A stretch of 64,000 bases of DNA, taken from Candidatus Eiseniibacteriota bacterium (GTDB lineage: Bacteria; Eisenbacteria; RBG-16-71-46; CAIMUX01; VGJL01). The notes under the pieces are model-generated. The model did no database searches. It had not been told where the DNA came from and saw only the letters and a list, made by a program, of their open reading frames with translations. Location of the stretch: the NCBI GenBank assembly GCA_963792585.1, contig CAWBWI010000001.1, positions 1,696,001 to 1,760,000 of the forward strand, written 5' to 3'. This document shows positions 60,342-64,000 of this stretch, one piece after another; positions within the stretch are counted from its first letter, which is position 1, and every line of letters begins with the position of its first letter. The position numbers and the translations under genes were made by a program.

Positions 60342-62336
60342 GTGAACGCCCATCCATCGAGGCCGACTCTCGGCCGCGCGCTCAAGACCATTGGTATGCT
60401 CCCGTTCCTCCTGCTCTTGTGCCTCATCCTTCCTCCACTCGTGGGATGCGGGGGCGATAAACCGACGCAGGTCACGGACGGGATTCCACCTGTGACGATT
60501 CAAGATCTCACCTATGCGAGGCTTTCGGAAAGTGTCGTTCGATTGACCTGGACGGCGCCCGGGGATGATGGGTCCCTGGGGCTCGCGTCCACCTACTCGG
60601 TTCGGTGCGCCGCATCCACCCTGACCGAGCAAGGCTGGGATTCCGCCACGGTCATCCCGACTCCGCCGGCACCCGCGCCGGCCGGGCACCGGGACGGCTT
60701 CATCGTGACGATGCCGAACGGCCGGTGGCACATCGGCATTCGGGCAGCGGACGAGATCCCCAACTGGTCGATGATCTCGAACCAGATCACCGTGCTCGTC
60801 GGCGACAGCATCCCCCCTGCCAAGGTGACGGACCTCTCGGTCACCCAGACGACCGGGCACTCCGCATCGTTGGCTTGGACCGCGCCGGGAGACGACGACT
60901 TGAAAGGTCATGCCGCCGAGTACGACTTGCGCTACTCGCGTGATGTCATCACGTCCGAATCATGGGAATCCGCTGCGCGCGCGCTCGGGCTCTCGCCCCC
61001 GGCCGACCACGGCACCTACGAGCGACATGTGGTCGACGGCCTGGAGACGGGCGCCACCTACTACTTCGCCATGAAGTGCGCCGACGAGGCACCGAACTGG
61101 TCCGACATGTCCAACGTGGCAAGCGCGGAGGTCATCGACATCGTCGCGCCGAGCGCGATCACGGATCTGCTGGCCGGGTCGGCGGGAGAGACCAGCGTCA
61201 ACCTGACCTGGACCGCCCCGGGCAATGACGTCTCGGACGGGACTGCCGCCGCTTACGACATGCGTTACTCGCTGGATGCCCTGAATGCCGAGAACTGGGA
61301 GAACGCCACCGCCGCGGATGGTCTTCCCGCGCCCGGTCCGTCAGGCACCCCCGAAACGTTCGTCCTCGATGAATTGGAGGGATCCCGGACCTACTACATC
61401 GGGATCAGGAGCCGGGACGAGGGCTCGAACTGGTCGGCGATCTCGAACATCGTGACGGCAGCGCCGGGAACCAATCCCCTCGTTCGCCTCACCTACTCGA
61501 CGGTTCGCCCCTATGGCGCGGACTATCCCGCCTGGTCTCCCGATGGGCGCACTATCGCATTCAGCGCCTACTGGGAGCCGAGGCAGGACTACCTTCGCGC
61601 CCAGATCTACACGATGCCTGCCGCAGGTGGCGAGCCCGTGCAGATCACCCAAATCGATGACGGCGCGTACGCTCCTGCGTGGTCGCCGGACGGCACGAAG
61701 TTCGCCTTCATCGCGCGGAGAGAGGTCTATCCGCACACGCTCCAGGAACTATCGGTGATGACGGCTTCCTCGGGTTCCCAGCATACGGTTCTGCTGACCG
61801 CACCCGTCGGCTACACGCTCAGCAGACCTTGCTGGTCGCCGGACGGGAGTCAGATCGCAGTTGTCGTGTCCGCCGGCTACTCATCTGGCGATCCGATGTC
61901 GAGCAACCTCGGACTGGTTCCATCGGGTGGGGGCACCGGAAGCGAACTACTCGTGGGGTGGTTCTTGATTGCCGCGCCGTCCTGGTCTCACGACGGAACG
62001 AAGATCCTGTTCAACGGCAGGCGGGAAGACGGCGACAGATCGGTGATATGGGTCATGCCGGCCGGGGGAGGGGAGCCCACCCCGCTCAGCGCAGGCCAGG
62101 CCGATGACGCTTCACCCGCCTGGTCGCCGGATGGCAGCCAGATCGCTTTCGCATCGAGTCGGACCAGTACATGGGATCTCTGGCTCATGTCATCCGAAGG
62201 CGCGAACCTCACGCGTCTAACGTTCGATTCCTTCGGACATGAATACTACCCTTCGTGGTCCCCCGACGGCAGGGCAATTGTCTTCACCATGTGGCGACTC
62301 GACATCCCTGACATCTGGGTGATGACCCTGCGATAG
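60342..62336 (+). CDS. Lipoprotein with three FN3-like repeats and a TolB/PD40 beta-propeller
   Basis: GGAGG then GTG; lipobox LVG-C; 3x 'L.WTAPG.D...G.A..Y..R...NWS..SN'; 6x 'P.WSPDG..I.F'. Confidence 0.85.
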   Translation: MNAHPSRPTLGRALKTIGMLPFLLLLCLILPPLVGCGGDKPTQVTDGIPPVTIQDLTYARLSESVVRLTWTAPGDDGSLGLASTYSVRCAASTLTEQGWDSATVIPTPPAPAPAGHRDGFIVTMPNGRWHIGIRAADEIPNWSMISNQITVLVGDSIPPAKVTDLSVTQTTGHSASLAWTAPGDDDLKGHAAEYDLRYSRDVITSESWESAARALGLSPPADHGTYERHVVDGLETGATYYFAMKCADEAPNWSDMSNVASAEVIDIVAPSAITDLLAGSAGETSVNLTWTAPGNDVSDGTAAAYDMRYSLDALNAENWENATAADGLPAPGPSGTPETFVLDELEGSRTYYIGIRSRDEGSNWSAISNIVTAAPGTNPLVRLTYSTVRPYGADYPAWSPDGRTIAFSAYWEPRQDYLRAQIYTMPAAGGEPVQITQIDDGAYAPAWSPDGTKFAFIARREVYPHTLQELSVMTASSGSQHTVLLTAPVGYTLSRPCWSPDGSQIAVVVSAGYSSGDPMSSNLGLVPSGGGTGSELLVGWFLIAAPSWSHDGTKILFNGRREDGDRSVIWVMPAGGGEPTPLSAGQADDASPAWSPDGSQIAFASSRTSTWDLWLMSSEGANLTRLTFDSFGHEYYPSWSPDGRAIVFTMWRLDIPDIWVMTLR

Positions 62337-62439
62337 AAGAGAGAGGAGAACCTGCGGCGCCACGTTGTCGCCGCGACCCCGCGCGGTCCTTTCGAAGAGC
62401 GACGAACCCCGATAGCATCCACCACGCCGGCCTACGAGA

Positions 62440-63414
62440 TCAACGCTTTGACTCCGCCAGCCATCTCATGACGTTCAGCGCGTACTGCTGGTTGTCCAGC
62501 CCTGGTTGGTTCATACCGAACTTATACGGTTCCTGTCCGGGGATGATGACGATCTGCGCCGAGAGCATCCCGGCTTCCCCTTGAACGACGACGCGGCCCT
62601 GCCCCACCAGCAGCGCCACGGCCATCGAGCGCCCCCTTGCGGAGATCGCCTTCGACATCACTTCCTTCGGACCACCGGGAAGCTTGAGCGCCTCGGGTGG
62701 AATGTCGATTGCCGCGTCGGAGAGGTTCATCAAGGGGGCCGACCCCGCGGGTCCTCGCAGCGACTGCCCGGTGAACGCCACGATTCTGTTGACCCGCTCC
62801 TTCTCGCCCCATCCATTCATGATCGGGTGTTCGCCCAGGGTTCCTCTCACTCGCGTGAACTCGATGTTGGTGATGCCGCCGGGCCCTGCCGCCTGCAGAC
62901 TGTCCCCCGTGTAGCCCAGGCTCATGTTCACACCGAACCGGGCGCCCAGCGCGGCGGCGGCGGATCCAAAGGGAGCGTGGTCGGCAATCAGGAGAAGCGC
63001 TCCTCCTTCGCTGACCCACCGATGCACGGCCTCGATCTCCTCCACCCCGAAGGCCGACTGATTCGCGGTGGAGTCGGACTCCGATTCCGGGGCCTCTACC
63101 GACGCGTTTGCGATCACCAGCACGTCGAATCCCTCGAGACTCCTCGCAGAGAGCAGCTCCCGGTTGGACGTCAGCTCACAGCCATCGGCCTTCATTAGTG
63201 TGCCGAATGCCTGGTAGCGCCCTTCCAGAGTATGGAAGTTGTGATGGGCCTCGTCGAAGAGGATCTTGGGATGGTACTTCGTGAACGCCGGCGTCGTCAC
63301 GGCAGGCACGTAGTTGGAATCGGCCAGCTGCTGCACCTGAGCCGATGCGGCCGGCAAGAGGGCGCAACAAACCAGAACAGTCATCACCGCGACTTGTCGC
63401 ATCCGGGATATCAT
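62440..63414 (-). CDS. Secreted DUF4350-like / class I glutamine-amidotransferase-fold protein
   Basis: Signal peptide; 'ILFDEAHHNFHT', 'WV..GG.LLLIADH.PF', 'G.GRVVV.GE', 'DNQQYALN..RWL'. Confidence 0.7.
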   Translation of the reverse strand: MISRMRQVAVMTVLVCCALLPAASAQVQQLADSNYVPAVTTPAFTKYHPKILFDEAHHNFHTLEGRYQAFGTLMKADGCELTSNRELLSARSLEGFDVLVIANASVEAPESESDSTANQSAFGVEEIEAVHRWVSEGGALLLIADHAPFGSAAAALGARFGVNMSLGYTGDSLQAAGPGGITNIEFTRVRGTLGEHPIMNGWGEKERVNRIVAFTGQSLRGPAGSAPLMNLSDAAIDIPPEALKLPGGPKEVMSKAISARGRSMAVALLVGQGRVVVQGEAGMLSAQIVIIPGQEPYKFGMNQPGLDNQQYALNVMRWLAESKR

Positions 63415-63475
63415 TGGCTCACACCCCCCCACGGCTACGTCGACTCCCGCAACATGATGACCCAACCCATCACCC

Positions 63476-64000
63476 CTAGAGCACCAGGGCCTTGAGCTTT
63501 GCCAGATCGATCTGCTGGAGCAACTCACGAACGGCCTCCGGCTTGTCCTTGGGTCCGCCGATCATGACGGCGATGCCCCGCGCCTTTGTGGGCACACCGG
63601 GCGCGACGTCTGGGAGCTTGTAGCGATCGCGCCCGCTGACCTTGTCCGTCTTCGCGAATGGGCCGATCAAGAGTGTGAGGCAATACGTATCGTAGCCCGC
63701 GCATCCTTCGGCCTTATCGAAGGCAAGCGGAACCCCCTCTACTTCGTAGTGCGAGGCCGTGTCGAGCACGCTGATGGTCTGGTTGATGACGATCCGTACG
63801 CTGAGCTCCTTTGCCGGGAGCGTCTTCTGCATGTCCTGTGCGGCAGTGGCTGCGCCGCCGGAGGCGACCCACGCCTGGTAGTCCGCCATGATAGCGGTCT
63901 GCAGCGAGTCGGCCCTATCGCGAACAACTTTGAGCGCTGCCCGGATCTTCTCTTTCTCACCACGGTCCCTGGTGCTGTCGCGGGCCTTCTTCAGCTCGGC
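63476..64000 (-). CDS. 3' part of a hypothetical protein, truncated by the window edge
   Basis: Frame open from base 64000 to TAG at 63476; typical codon usage. Confidence 0.65.
   Translation of the reverse strand, partial: AELKKARDSTRDRGEKEKIRAALKVVRDRADSLQTAIMADYQAWVASGGAATAAQDMQKTLPAKELSVRIVINQTISVLDTASHYEVEGVPLAFDKAEGCAGYDTYCLTLLIGPFAKTDKVSGRDRYKLPDVAPGVPTKARGIAVMIGGPKDKPEAVRELLQQIDLAKLKALVL

Overview
A high-GC bacterial window with about 48 genes and no recognisable rRNA, tRNA, CRISPR array, integrase or transposase. Eight secreted proteins share a C-terminal FlgD-Ig/T9SS-CTD-like domain, and two Cys-rich proteins end in 'TTWGRIR..YR'. Together these suggest an FCB-group lineage such as Ca. 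Eisenbacteria or relatives (inference). Main blocks in order: (1) bacterioferritin-like gene, PAS/GAF NarL-type two-component pair, GNAT and a membrane MutS-like ATPase; (2) a five-gene operon of non-pyrrolysine MttB, a stand-alone B12 reactivation domain, a corrinoid protein, a homocysteine methyltransferase and MsrB, resembling a split methionine synthase with no folate-binding module; (3) a TolC/MFP/RND efflux operon riddled with single-base indels, probably consensus errors; (4) aldo-keto reductase and msrPQ; (5) many secreted beta-propeller, protease and hydrolase proteins; (6) a cytoplasmic kinase-NTPase-TPR protein coupled to an ECF sigma factor; (7) an adenylating enzyme / ATP-grasp ligase / AsnB / flippase cluster; (8) lipoproteins, a C25 peptidase, a decayed radical SAM fragment and an orphan phage-type gene. 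All family calls come from motif recognition by eye; no searches were run.
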